A DNA stretch of 64,000 nt, taken from positions 1-64,000 of the IMG/VR virus record IMGVR_UViG_3300027801_002586. One strand, 5' to 3'. A program made the position numbers and the translations under genes. The stretch's first letter is position 1. Each line of letters opens with the position of its first letter. The stretch is from a virus. Positions 38,063 through 48,071 of this stretch are shown here, one piece after another. A model generated the notes under the pieces. It did no database searches. It was not told where the DNA came from and saw only the letters and a program-made list of their open reading frames with translations.

Positions 38063-38898
38063 TAGAAACACCAATAGAAACCTATAAACTAAGTGGTATT
38101 GATGTAGATGTTAAACGAGATGATTTAGTTGGTGATGGTATTAATTATCCACGATGGGCAAAGATAGATGGTATCCGAAGAATATTAGAGAGTGCTGATA
38201 TAGATAAAACAAAACCACTAACACATTTATCAGTATATGGAAGTTGGACAGGTTGGGTACTGAGTGGTTTATGTAAAGAATATGGAATAGAATTTATTTC
38301 TGCTTATCCAGATACCCAAAGGTTTCCACAAATATTATTAGAAAGAGTTGTGGGTAATGGGGGAACTCTACATCCTATGAGACCCAACATGATGGCGTTT
38401 ATGCAAAATAAATTAAACACCCAAGCAAAAGAAAATGGTTGGCAACAATTACCATACGCGTTTAATCATCCAGCATATATTAATTACATGGGTGAGAGAA
38501 TGAAACAAGTTTTAGAAGAAAATGAATATGATAATCTTATAGTTAGTATCGGAAGTGGTGTTACTGCAAGTGGATTAATAAAAGAGTTTTTAGAATACAA
38601 TGATGATTGGTGGAAATTATCTGCCAAATCAAAAAAAGTTTATTCAATCACGATGAGTGCATTCTCATCAACAAAAAAGATTTTAAATGAGAATCACGCA
38701 GGTGATTTAAAAAACATACTACTCGAAAAATCACCATATGCATTTGATGATATGATGGATGACTATAAAGTACCATTTGATTGTAACGAATTTTGGGACA
38801 AGAAACAATGGTATTGGTTAGAGAATAATATACAGAACTTAAAAGGTAAAACCTTATTTTGGAATATCGGCGGTTCTTATTTAAATTCAATAAAATGA
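38053..38898 (+). CDS. PLP-dependent fold-type II enzyme (ACC deaminase/cysteine desulfhydrase-like)
   Basis: TPIE, VKRDDL...AK, SIGSGVTASG, LFWNIGG. Confidence 0.75.
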   Translation: MGMIETPIETYKLSGIDVDVKRDDLVGDGINYPRWAKIDGIRRILESADIDKTKPLTHLSVYGSWTGWVLSGLCKEYGIEFISAYPDTQRFPQILLERVVGNGGTLHPMRPNMMAFMQNKLNTQAKENGWQQLPYAFNHPAYINYMGERMKQVLEENEYDNLIVSIGSGVTASGLIKEFLEYNDDWWKLSAKSKKVYSITMSAFSSTKKILNENHAGDLKNILLEKSPYAFDDMMDDYKVPFDCNEFWDKKQWYWLENNIQNLKGKTLFWNIGGSYLNSIK

Positions 38899-38907
38899 AA
38901 AAAACAC

Positions 38908-38937
38908 TTGACTTGTATGGGCAAAAAGCCTTATATT
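38908..38937 (+). promoter_or_regulatory. Early promoter P12
   Basis: TTGACT-18-TATATT. Confidence 0.8.
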
Positions 38938-38970
38938 AAGTCATACTAAAATTGGAGATATATAAATAAT

Positions 38971-39744
38971 ATGAAGAGTTTAACAGCAGAAAAAATACAA
39001 GAGAATTACAACTCACTGCGAAATATTATCACTATGAATTTCTCGGGTGAACGACTTGAGAAATTAAATAAGATGTATGATTATTTCGAGGATAGGATGA
39101 TGTTAGCACCAGCAAGTGCAAAGGAACATTATCACAATGCTATGGTGGGTGGATATGTAGAACACGTATTACACATTGTAGATTTTTCACAATCAGTAAA
39201 AAAGTTGTGGGAAGAAAAGGGAGCAGAAATTGATTTTACAGATGAAGAATTAATCTTTGCTGCATTACATCACGACTTAGGTAAAGTAGGTAATTTAGAT
39301 TATGATTACTATATACCAAATGAATCAGATTGGCATAGGAAGAATCAAGGTAAGATTTATACACACAACCCTGAATTACCTTATATGACAGTAACGGATA
39401 GAGCATTTTATTTACTTCAACATTTTCAAATACCTTTAACAGAAAACGAATATATGGGTTTAATGTTAACAGATGGGATGTATGAAGATGCAAATAAAAA
39501 ATACTTAATGACGTTCTTACCAGAGACTGGATTACGAAGTCATATATCACGAATATTACACCAAGCAGATATGATGGCAACATTTATAGAATCTGATGAA
39601 TGGAAGCGTGGAGATAAAAAAGAAACTAAACGAGTTGCTAAATCAGTTGGTAACATCAAAAATGCAGTTGCAACAGAAGTTGATACTAAACTCAAAGGTG
39701 AAAATGCTAAAGAGTTATTTAACGAGTTGTTTGGAGATAAATAA
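38971..39744 (+). CDS. HD-domain phosphohydrolase
   Basis: APAS..HYH...GGYVEH, LHHDLGK, LHQAD. Confidence 0.85.
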   Translation: MKSLTAEKIQENYNSLRNIITMNFSGERLEKLNKMYDYFEDRMMLAPASAKEHYHNAMVGGYVEHVLHIVDFSQSVKKLWEEKGAEIDFTDEELIFAALHHDLGKVGNLDYDYYIPNESDWHRKNQGKIYTHNPELPYMTVTDRAFYLLQHFQIPLTENEYMGLMLTDGMYEDANKKYLMTFLPETGLRSHISRILHQADMMATFIESDEWKRGDKKETKRVAKSVGNIKNAVATEVDTKLKGENAKELFNELFGDK

Positions 39745-40004
39745 TGGTAGTAGAAATATTGCTTGGGGTATTTGTAATAGTTTGTATAGCCCTAAGTTGG
39801 ACAACATATAATCAAATACAAAAAGTAGAAAGGTTAGAAGATTGGGTTGAGAACTTCTCGGCACAAATTATTTTAACACAACGAACACTTGCAGAATTAG
39901 ATTCTGAGGGTAAGTTTGAATCCGATGATGATATCGGAACAGTCTTTACAGCAATTAAAGATACGGTCAATGATTTAAATAAATTAACAATAGAGGATAT
40001 ATAA
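39744..40004 (+). CDS. Membrane-anchored hypothetical protein
   Basis: N-terminal TM, FESDDDIG. Confidence 0.6.
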   Translation: MVVEILLGVFVIVCIALSWTTYNQIQKVERLEDWVENFSAQIILTQRTLAELDSEGKFESDDDIGTVFTAIKDTVNDLNKLTIEDI

Positions 40005-40727
40005 ATGCCACCAAAAGCAAAAAAGACATCACCACGATATTACTTTCATCAAGGAACTGAAGATGCAATCGTCAGATTGAATAAAGAAACTCGTGCTCAT
40101 ATGAAACAACGAATTTACAATGAACATATTCGCACACCATTTGAGAAACTTGCTGAGAATATAATTCATACATTTAAATTTTATTACTTTGATGTTCCAT
40201 CGGATGATGTGAAACACGAAGTGGTATCATTCTTATATATGAACATCCACAAATTTGCTGAAGGTAAGGGAAAAGCTTTTTCATACTTTAGTATTGTTGC
40301 TAAGAATTATTTAATTTTACATAACAACAATAACTACAAGAAGATGAAACAACATGATTCTGAAGATGTAATGGATTATAAAAGAGACCCTGTCGGAGAA
40401 CTTCGAGGTAAGGAATCTAAATCTATGGCAATGGAATATATAGAACAACTTGCGGATTATTGGAGAAATAATTTAACAACAGTCTTTAAACGAAAGAAAG
40501 ATTTGGATGTTGCTAATTCTGTAGTGGAGTTAATTGATATGAGACATAATATTGATAACTTTAATAAGAAAGCATTATACATTCTTATTCGTGAGATGAC
40601 GGGTTCTAATACACAACACATTACTCGTGTAATTAATGTGATGAAGAAACATCATAATAATCTACACAAGGCTTATGTAGCTACTGGTTCAGTTGATACT
40701 AAACGAACTGGTAGTTGGTTTGAGTGA
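40005..40727 (+). CDS. Putative late sigma factor (gp55/sigma region 2-like)
   Basis: KLAENI...DVKHE...KF.EGKGKAFSYFSIVAKNYLI resembles sigma region 2; sits before structural genes. Confidence 0.55.
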   Translation: MPPKAKKTSPRYYFHQGTEDAIVRLNKETRAHMKQRIYNEHIRTPFEKLAENIIHTFKFYYFDVPSDDVKHEVVSFLYMNIHKFAEGKGKAFSYFSIVAKNYLILHNNNNYKKMKQHDSEDVMDYKRDPVGELRGKESKSMAMEYIEQLADYWRNNLTTVFKRKKDLDVANSVVELIDMRHNIDNFNKKALYILIREMTGSNTQHITRVINVMKKHHNNLHKAYVATGSVDTKRTGSWFE

Positions 40728-41536
40728 AACTCTATAAACAAGATTGGGATTATCGGAAAATAAATACCGATGAATATCCACAATTAAAAGCGATTACATC
40801 ACAACCAAATTCTTTTTGGATAATAAGTAATCCTAAAAAACCACTCAAACGAGTTACAACAAGAATACGAAGATTATGTAGAAGAGCACATCCATACCAA
40901 CCTATTATAGTTTTATATGCTATACCTGGTAGAGATGTAGGTGGACATTCAAAGGGTGGGTTATCTGATAAACAATATATAAAATATATTGGAGATATTG
41001 CAAAAGGTATTGGTTCATATAAACCAATAGTAATATTCGAACCTGATGCTATTCCACATATGAGAAGGATGAATTTCTTTCAACGAACAAGTCGAACAAG
41101 GTTAATCAGAAAATCTTTAAAACTCTTATCACAATGTAGTGCACAAATTTATCTTGATATAGGACATCCCAATTGGTTAAAGGTTGGAGATGCGTCTACT
41201 TATTTAAATCTTTTTAATGATAATAAGATAAAAGGCTTTTCAGTTAATGTAAGTAACTTTGTTACTACGGATAAATGTATTCGATGGGGTGATAAAGTTT
41301 CCGATAGAACCGATTTAAATTATATTATAGATACATCAAGGAATGGTACTGAAGTATGGGAAACCTTTAATCCAGAAGAAATGAAACTTGGAGAAAAACC
41401 AACAATCAGAACTTCATCAAGAAGTTGTGATGCTTATCTTTGGATTAAAACACCAGGTGAAAGTGATGGTGCCGTAAATGGTTGGCCTAAAGCTGGTAGA
41501 TTTGATGCTGAAAAAACCTTATCTCTTATAAACTAA
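40724..41536 (+). CDS. Glycoside hydrolase family 6
   Basis: YAIPGRD, FEPDA, YLDIGHPNW, NVSNF, IDTSRNG, DAYLWIKTPGESDG. Confidence 0.9.
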   Translation: MKLYKQDWDYRKINTDEYPQLKAITSQPNSFWIISNPKKPLKRVTTRIRRLCRRAHPYQPIIVLYAIPGRDVGGHSKGGLSDKQYIKYIGDIAKGIGSYKPIVIFEPDAIPHMRRMNFFQRTSRTRLIRKSLKLLSQCSAQIYLDIGHPNWLKVGDASTYLNLFNDNKIKGFSVNVSNFVTTDKCIRWGDKVSDRTDLNYIIDTSRNGTEVWETFNPEEMKLGEKPTIRTSSRSCDAYLWIKTPGESDGAVNGWPKAGRFDAEKTLSLIN

Positions 41537-41568
41537 AAAGGGAGAGCCGGATAAGCTCCCCCTTAGTT
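41535..41568. terminator. Probable bidirectional terminator
   Basis: AAAAGGGAGAGC...GCTCCCCCTT hairpin between convergent genes. Confidence 0.6.
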
Positions 41569-41585
41569 ATCTATCCGATATAGTA

Positions 41586-41807
41586 CTACTTACGGAATAA
41601 ACCCACCAACACCAATAAAGCTACTAATCCAGCGAAACCTGATTCGCCAAAATTATTAATTATTGCTGTTAGGTTACCAATAACATTAACGCCGAAAATA
41701 CCGCTTCCGAATATTACTTCAGAAACCGCACCAATGGCTACAAACGACATAAGTAGTTGAGCAATGTCATCTACCCAGCCTTTTACGAGTGTTATGATTT
41801 CCTTCAT
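41586..41807 (-). CDS. Small membrane protein (only convincing minus-strand gene)
   Basis: GGGAG SD, hydrophobic, GFAGLVALLVL. Confidence 0.7.
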   Translation of the reverse strand: MKEIITLVKGWVDDIAQLLMSFVAIGAVSEVIFGSGIFGVNVIGNLTAIINNFGESGFAGLVALLVLVGLFRK

Positions 41808-41963
41808 ATGGTTATATCTCCCGTTAGTTAATCAATTAGTCGGAAATTGTTACCGACATAATATAACTATTGTATATATTAGGAAATATTTTTGGGTATA
41901 TATTTATATACACCAATTTTTTAAGAATTTGATATTTATTATTGTAACAATATAGGTAGAATT

Positions 41964-42344
41964 ATGGCAATAGACTTTGAAGTATTCGAGGGAAAAACTT
42001 TATCAGATGTATTTAAAGACATTTATGATAACTCAAACAAAAACAAAATTCAATTAGAAGTTCTAATGAAAGAGGTAGTTGGGTTCATCAAGGATGGTGA
42101 TACCGCTGTGCAGATAATTCCTATGTTGAAAGAGTATTTAGAAATCAACGTAAAGAACGATGAACAACTTGTTAAGTTAGCAACCATTGTACAGAGAATG
42201 GCAACTGCTAATAGTAAAGGTGATGATGATGATAACTTTATGTTGAGTGATAGAGAAAAAGAACAATTAATGAATAATATTAAAAGCACGGTCGAGGAAC
42301 TTCAAGACCATTCGGATAACATAACTGCAAAATTAGATAATTAA
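41964..42344 (+). CDS. Conserved phage protein (helical)
   Basis: Heads the structural operon after ATATTTAT motif. Confidence 0.6.
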   Translation: MAIDFEVFEGKTLSDVFKDIYDNSNKNKIQLEVLMKEVVGFIKDGDTAVQIIPMLKEYLEINVKNDEQLVKLATIVQRMATANSKGDDDDNFMLSDREKEQLMNNIKSTVEELQDHSDNITAKLDN

Positions 42345-43471
42345 TGTCGTATAATATAAAACCAAATGTTGGGACTAAATCAGGTCCAATCATGGGTAAT
42401 AGAGTACAAAATGTTGAATCTACTTTACGATTAATAAAAGAAATATCATCTGAAGATGGTAAGTTTTATGAGTTAGAACCTTTAGAAATATTAGAGGTAC
42501 ATTTAGATGATACAAAAAACTCTTTCCCACAAGGGAGTGATGGGCCCGATTATACTTATCTCGGTGGGGTAAAGGGTAGGTTTGTAATTTCTGAAGTTGG
42601 ATTAAACATTGATAAGTTAAATGATTATAAACCATTGAATCCACAGATTCAAACAACACCAATAATTGGTGAGATTGTAATTGGTGTAAAGTATCTTGGG
42701 CAATTATTTTATACAACCCAAATAAACTTTTTTGGTAATCCAAATTTTAATACACAACATGGATTGAGTAAAGGTAAATCAAAAGATACCTTAGTATCAG
42801 AAAAAATAGATACTGCAAATGAACAAGATGACACTTCAGTAAATCTCGGATACTATATGACAGCAGATGCTGATGCAAGAAAAATTTTACCAAGTGAGGG
42901 TGATGTTATTATTGAGGGTAGATTTGGAAACACTATCAGATTGGGTAGTGATATTAAAAATGAAAATCTGGAATCCCCAAATATTATTTTAAACGCCGGA
43001 CAAACTAAAGAGGGTGATAAGAAAGTACCAATTAAAGAAGTAATCGATACAGATGGTTCGAGTGTATATATCACTACTAATCAACCATTAGAATTTACAC
43101 CTGGTACTGCAAGTCAATTAACACCACCACCATATGAGGGTAAAAACATTTTACTAAGTTCGGATAGAATTATTTTTAATACAAAGAATGGTGGAGATAT
43201 TGGATTGTTTAGTAACAATAACATTTCCTTAACAGCAGCAAAAGAAGTTGTTATTGAATCTCCTGTAACTAAGATTGGTAGTATTCAAGCAACAGAACCA
43301 ATGGTATTGGGTGCAATACTTGAATCAAAATTAAATGATATCTTAACATTAATTGAAACTGGTTTGTTAGCACCAACAGGACCCGTAATTGTTGGACCTG
43401 GTGCACCAATATTAGCAAGTTTAAAATCCACCTTGGCTCAAATAAAAAGTCCAAATAATGTGGTAGAGTAA
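42344..43471 (+). CDS. Putative baseplate hub/spike (gp5/Vgr-like) protein
   Basis: P.IGEIV, GDVIIEGRFGNTIRLGS, beta-rich C-terminus; adjacent to gp25. Confidence 0.55.
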   Translation: MSYNIKPNVGTKSGPIMGNRVQNVESTLRLIKEISSEDGKFYELEPLEILEVHLDDTKNSFPQGSDGPDYTYLGGVKGRFVISEVGLNIDKLNDYKPLNPQIQTTPIIGEIVIGVKYLGQLFYTTQINFFGNPNFNTQHGLSKGKSKDTLVSEKIDTANEQDDTSVNLGYYMTADADARKILPSEGDVIIEGRFGNTIRLGSDIKNENLESPNIILNAGQTKEGDKKVPIKEVIDTDGSSVYITTNQPLEFTPGTASQLTPPPYEGKNILLSSDRIIFNTKNGGDIGLFSNNNISLTAAKEVVIESPVTKIGSIQATEPMVLGAILESKLNDILTLIETGLLAPTGPVIVGPGAPILASLKSTLAQIKSPNNVVE

Positions 43472-43505
43472 TGAAGAAGAATGGAATAGAATTTCAGAGG
43501 AAAAT

Positions 43506-43958
43506 ATGAGTTGGGATATATTTAGAGCTGAGTATAAACAAGGTATAGACGCAGGTGATGATATGGCTAAAGTAATTGCCGAATCATATGATAAATGTGT
43601 TAAGACTGGAATGACAATTGGTACGGCACCACCCGCTCCATTAGCTAGTGGTAATGTGGCAGGATTAGAAGTAATGTTGAAATTGTGTTTTTCATCTTAT
43701 GGTGTAACACCATTTCCAATCCAACTTGATAATGGATTAAAATTATATTGGTTGGGTGGAGTTACGGCATCGGGTTCGACTGTAATCGTACCAGGAATAA
43801 CTGCAGGATATGTTCCAATGGGAGCAGCAAATGCAACAATAGAAGATTTTATAGAACAATTAATAATGAGTTTTAAAAACCACATGGGACAGGTAAGTGG
43901 ATTATTTCCATCAGCACCAGCACCTTTACCATTTGCAGGTTACAATGTACCAGGATAA
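43506..43958 (+). CDS. Putative virion structural protein
   Basis: Context within baseplate operon. Confidence 0.5.
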   Translation: MSWDIFRAEYKQGIDAGDDMAKVIAESYDKCVKTGMTIGTAPPAPLASGNVAGLEVMLKLCFSSYGVTPFPIQLDNGLKLYWLGGVTASGSTVIVPGITAGYVPMGAANATIEDFIEQLIMSFKNHMGQVSGLFPSAPAPLPFAGYNVPG

Positions 43959-43969
43959 AGGAGTTAGAA

Positions 43970-44467
43970 ATGACTAAAAAAGAATTAGTAAAAATAATAC
44001 AAGAAGTTGTGCGTAGAGAAGTACAAAAAGAGGTCAAACAGATATTTATTACTGAGGGAATAAATAGTTTGAAAGCTAAACGTACTACTCTCAAATCAAC
44101 CGCACCAATCGTGAAGAAGAAACCGATTCAAAAGAAAGTTGTAAAAAAACGAGACCCCGTTAACTATACATCAAACGAATCATTAAACAGCATTCTAAAT
44201 GAGACTGTTGGGTTAGGTAAAGGGGATACTGATGAGTATCCAACAATGGGTGGTGGAGTATTTGATTCAACACGAGCAACGGAACTATTAGGTTATGGGG
44301 AAGGTGGTCTTGGTGGAGATAAAGAAACTGCTAGAAAAGTTGGAGCAGTACAAACGATGAAACAAGCAGGAGTTTCTTCAGACCAATTACCTGAGAGTTT
44401 AGTTAACGCGTTGACAAAAGATTATAGTAAATTAATGAAACATGATAAGATGAAGAGTAACAAATAA
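43970..44467 (+). CDS. Hypothetical protein
   Basis: Context; GGAG SD. Confidence 0.55.
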   Translation: MTKKELVKIIQEVVRREVQKEVKQIFITEGINSLKAKRTTLKSTAPIVKKKPIQKKVVKKRDPVNYTSNESLNSILNETVGLGKGDTDEYPTMGGGVFDSTRATELLGYGEGGLGGDKETARKVGAVQTMKQAGVSSDQLPESLVNALTKDYSKLMKHDKMKSNK

Positions 44468-44919
44468 TGCCAGAAAATGTAAACTTAACCAATAACCCAT
44501 CTGTCACACAGATTAATGAAGATGAAGATTCATTCTTCGGGTGTACATTTCCGTTAACATATAAGGGAGATAATGTTGGATTTTTTCCAAGAGCTAAAAC
44601 GGTCAAGGAACAAGCATTTTCTAATATTAAAAATTTATTGTTAACTCAAAAAGGTGAACGCGTAGGTCAACCTAATTTTGGTAGTAACTTACCATCATTA
44701 TTATTTGAACAAGTTGGTGAAGATTTAAGTGATAGGATTGAAGAAGCAATCCACGAAGCTTTAGAAGCATGGTTACCTTATATAAAAGCACAAAATGTTT
44801 TTGTGGTACAAGATAAACAAAACCCAAACCAAGTAGTGGTTACTTTAGAATTTGTCGTAACTGTCGATGACCCTGATTCCCCAGAAACGATAACATTCAA
44901 TTTTAACTCAGGAGGATAA
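44467..44919 (+). CDS. Baseplate wedge subunit gp25-like
   Basis: NIKNLLLTQKGERVGQPNFGS.L..LLFE...WLPY. Confidence 0.9.
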   Translation: MPENVNLTNNPSVTQINEDEDSFFGCTFPLTYKGDNVGFFPRAKTVKEQAFSNIKNLLLTQKGERVGQPNFGSNLPSLLFEQVGEDLSDRIEEAIHEALEAWLPYIKAQNVFVVQDKQNPNQVVVTLEFVVTVDDPDSPETITFNFNSGG

Positions 44920-44921
44920 CA

Positions 44922-46892
44922 ATGGCTAATGATGTAGATTATGGGCTAAGTAATAAAAAAGAAAAAAGAGATATTAGATATATTGGTAGGGAGTTTACGT
45001 CCATAAGAGCTAATTTATTAGAATACGCTAAATCTTATTATCCAACTGCATATAATGATTTCAATGAATCTTCACCAGGTATGATGTTTATTGAAATGGC
45101 AGCATATGTTGGTGATACATTATCTTTTTATATCGATACACAATATCGAGAAACACTATTACATGCTGCGGAAGAAAAGAAAAATATTTATAAGATTGCA
45201 CAATCATTTGGGTATAAACCAAAACTATCTCATCCAGCATCAGTACTTTCAGAAATAACAATTGAAGTACCAGCAGAAGATGATGGTACAGATGTAACAC
45301 CTGATTTAGATTATGCATTAATGGTTAACGCTGATAGTTTATTCTCATCAAAGACAGGTAGAACTTTTAGATTGTTAGATGATGTTAATTTTAAAACATC
45401 TTCATCACTTGATTCGCGAGTAGAAAAAATATCACAATATGATAGTGACACACCAACACACTTTACATTAACTAAAAAATGTTTATTAGAATCTGGTACA
45501 AAAACTTCCGAGAATTTTACATTTGGGGAAGGGATTAAATTTGATAAAGTTATTTTAAGTAAAGAACGAGTAATACAGATTTTAAGTATGGTTGATGATG
45601 ATGGGAATACTTGGCATGAAGTTCCTTTCTTAGCACAAGATACAGTCTTTTCATCAGCAGAAAATAACGCAACAACCACACCGGATGTTTCTGCTAACGC
45701 TGCAGATGCACCTTATATGTTAAAGTTAATTAAAACTGCAAACAGATTTACAACCTATACAAGAAGTGATGGTAAATCAGAATTGAGATTTGGAGCAGGA
45801 ACATCTACAAATGCAGATGAAGAATTAGTTCCAAACCCAGACAATGTTGGTTCATCATTAGGAACTGGTGTTAGTAAACTTGATGCATCATTTGACCCAA
45901 GTAACTTTTTAAAAACAAAAGCTTTTGGACAAGCACCAAGTAATATTACATTGACTGTGAATTATACATATGGTGGAGCAATAGAAGATAATATTCTTTC
46001 AGGCGAATTGAAAAATAATGATAGTCTTTCTACAACATTAAATGAAGAGGGATTAGATGCTGATAGTGTAAAAGATGTTAAGACGAGTATTAGTATTACG
46101 AATAAAGAACCTGCAACTGGTGGAAGTAGTGGTGAATCTGCAGAAGAAATTAGACAGAATGCATTAGCATATTTTAATTCACAAAATAGAGCAGTTACTA
46201 AAGAAGATTATATAACAAGAGTTTATTCATTACCACAGAAGTATGGTAATGTTGCTAAAGTACATATTGTACAAGATGAACAATTAGAACAGAATACTCA
46301 AACTATTGTAAAGGATGGTAAGATTGTTAGAGAGAAAAACATAACAACAATACCTAATCCATTAGCATTAAATATGTATGTATTGGGATATGATAGGAAT
46401 AGAAAGTTAGTTGCATTGAATGCAGCAGTTAAACAAAATCTTAGAGTTTACTTATCACAATATAGAATACTAACTGATGCAATAAATATTAAAGATGGTT
46501 ACACAATTAATATTGGTGCGAGATTTTCAATTATTACTCAAAGAGGATTTAATAAAAATTCAGTACTATTAAAATGTATTGATGCCGTAAAGAATCATTT
46601 TAATATTCAAAAGTGGCAAATTAATCAACCGATAATTTTAAGTGATATTGCATATACAATATCGTTAGTTGACGGAGTTGCAAGTGTTGTTCCACCCGAA
46701 GATGATAATCCACAAAAACAAATGGTGGTTGTCGAGAACAAGTGGAGAACTGAGAATGGATATAGTGGACACGTATATGATTTACAATCAGCAACAAAAG
46801 ATGGAATTATTTACTCATCACTTGACCCAAGTATATTTGAACTTAAATTCCCCAATTTAGATATTGAGGGTAGAGTAGTAGGAGATATTTAA
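44922..46892 (+). CDS. Baseplate wedge subunit (gp6/baseplate J-like)
   Basis: DFNESSPGMMFIEMAAYVGD, ELRFG.G, ATGG, QNRAVTKEDY. Confidence 0.85.
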   Translation: MANDVDYGLSNKKEKRDIRYIGREFTSIRANLLEYAKSYYPTAYNDFNESSPGMMFIEMAAYVGDTLSFYIDTQYRETLLHAAEEKKNIYKIAQSFGYKPKLSHPASVLSEITIEVPAEDDGTDVTPDLDYALMVNADSLFSSKTGRTFRLLDDVNFKTSSSLDSRVEKISQYDSDTPTHFTLTKKCLLESGTKTSENFTFGEGIKFDKVILSKERVIQILSMVDDDGNTWHEVPFLAQDTVFSSAENNATTTPDVSANAADAPYMLKLIKTANRFTTYTRSDGKSELRFGAGTSTNADEELVPNPDNVGSSLGTGVSKLDASFDPSNFLKTKAFGQAPSNITLTVNYTYGGAIEDNILSGELKNNDSLSTTLNEEGLDADSVKDVKTSISITNKEPATGGSSGESAEEIRQNALAYFNSQNRAVTKEDYITRVYSLPQKYGNVAKVHIVQDEQLEQNTQTIVKDGKIVREKNITTIPNPLALNMYVLGYDRNRKLVALNAAVKQNLRVYLSQYRILTDAINIKDGYTINIGARFSIITQRGFNKNSVLLKCIDAVKNHFNIQKWQINQPIILSDIAYTISLVDGVASVVPPEDDNPQKQMVVVENKWRTENGYSGHVYDLQSATKDGIIYSSLDPSIFELKFPNLDIEGRVVGDI

Positions 46893-48070
46893 TGTTTTAT
46901 TTTGAATACCCAATAACAGATACAACAATTTATCAAGGCAATATCACATCTTCAATTAATACAGGTTTAGATGAGATATTAGAGGTTTCAAAAAATGTTA
47001 ATTCTTCAGGTACAACAATTAGTGTATCAAGAGCATTATTAAAATTTGATTATAGTTATATCTCATCATCCGTAGCAAGTGGAATAATACCAGTTGGTGC
47101 AAAATATTTTTTAAACTTATATGATGCAACTTCAACAGAACTTGCTACCGAACAAACATTAGAAACCTATATGGTTAGTGGAAGTTGGACTGGTGGAACA
47201 GGAACATTAGATAGAGACCCTGTATTAAGTGATGGTGCGAGTTGGAAGTATCGTGATAATGATACCGAGAAAACTGAATGGGTTAGTGGTAGTACAACAC
47301 AAGGTGGTACTTGGTACACTTCAAGTTTAGATAGCTCATATAATGTTTCATCATCATTTGATTTAGTTTATGAAACACGAGATATAAGAATGGATGTAAC
47401 AGATTTAGTTAAGAATCATATCTATTCAAGTTCAGTATTTCCAAATGATGGATTTATTGTAAAAAGAAATAATACAGCAACCAGTCAAAGTTTATATTCT
47501 ATATTTGACCCCACAACAGCAACTGGTTCTGCAGAGGGAAATTCAACACCACTTGGTAATTTGAAATTCTTTTCAAGAGAAACCCACACAATCTTTCCGC
47601 CAAAGTTAGAAGTGGAGTGGGATGATTCATCATGGAACACAGGAAGTTTGGGTGAATTAGCAGCAACTGATTTAGATAGGTTGACAGTTTACTTTCAAAA
47701 CATGAGGCCTGAATACAAAGAGAAATCAAAAGTAAAGTTTAGAGTTGTGGGTAGAGAATTATATCCAACAAGAGGATTTGAGACAACTCCCGCAGCATTA
47801 ACAATTAAAACTTTACCACAAGGTACTACTGCAATGGGACAAGGTACATATTATTCAGTAAAGGATGCTCATACCGAGGATGTAATAATACCATTTAGTA
47901 CAGGCTCAATAGTTAGTTGTGATTCAAGTGGTAATTACTTTAATGTATGGATGGATGGTTTCCAACCCGAAAGATTTTATAGATTTGAAGTTAAGGTCGT
48001 TAGTGGTAGTGGTGTGAATCAAACTTCTATGATATACGATGATGATTATGAATTTAAAGTGGTGAGGTAA
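46892..48070 (+). CDS. Putative virion structural protein
   Basis: beta-rich, FFSRETHTIFPPKLEVEWDD; baseplate context. Confidence 0.6.
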   Translation: MFYFEYPITDTTIYQGNITSSINTGLDEILEVSKNVNSSGTTISVSRALLKFDYSYISSSVASGIIPVGAKYFLNLYDATSTELATEQTLETYMVSGSWTGGTGTLDRDPVLSDGASWKYRDNDTEKTEWVSGSTTQGGTWYTSSLDSSYNVSSSFDLVYETRDIRMDVTDLVKNHIYSSSVFPNDGFIVKRNNTATSQSLYSIFDPTTATGSAEGNSTPLGNLKFFSRETHTIFPPKLEVEWDDSSWNTGSLGELAATDLDRLTVYFQNMRPEYKEKSKVKFRVVGRELYPTRGFETTPAALTIKTLPQGTTAMGQGTYYSVKDAHTEDVIIPFSTGSIVSCDSSGNYFNVWMDGFQPERFYRFEVKVVSGSGVNQTSMIYDDDYEFKVVR

Positions 48071-48071
48071 A

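Noticed and set aside
1627-38937. CRISPR array from the recurring ~35-bp repeat
   Set aside because: Copies are dispersed, intergenic and contain -35/-10 boxes; no regular spacers or cas genes
38971-39744. HD protein as the dNTPase of the modification operon
   Set aside because: It has its own early promoter and looks YhaM-like; a link is possible but unsupported
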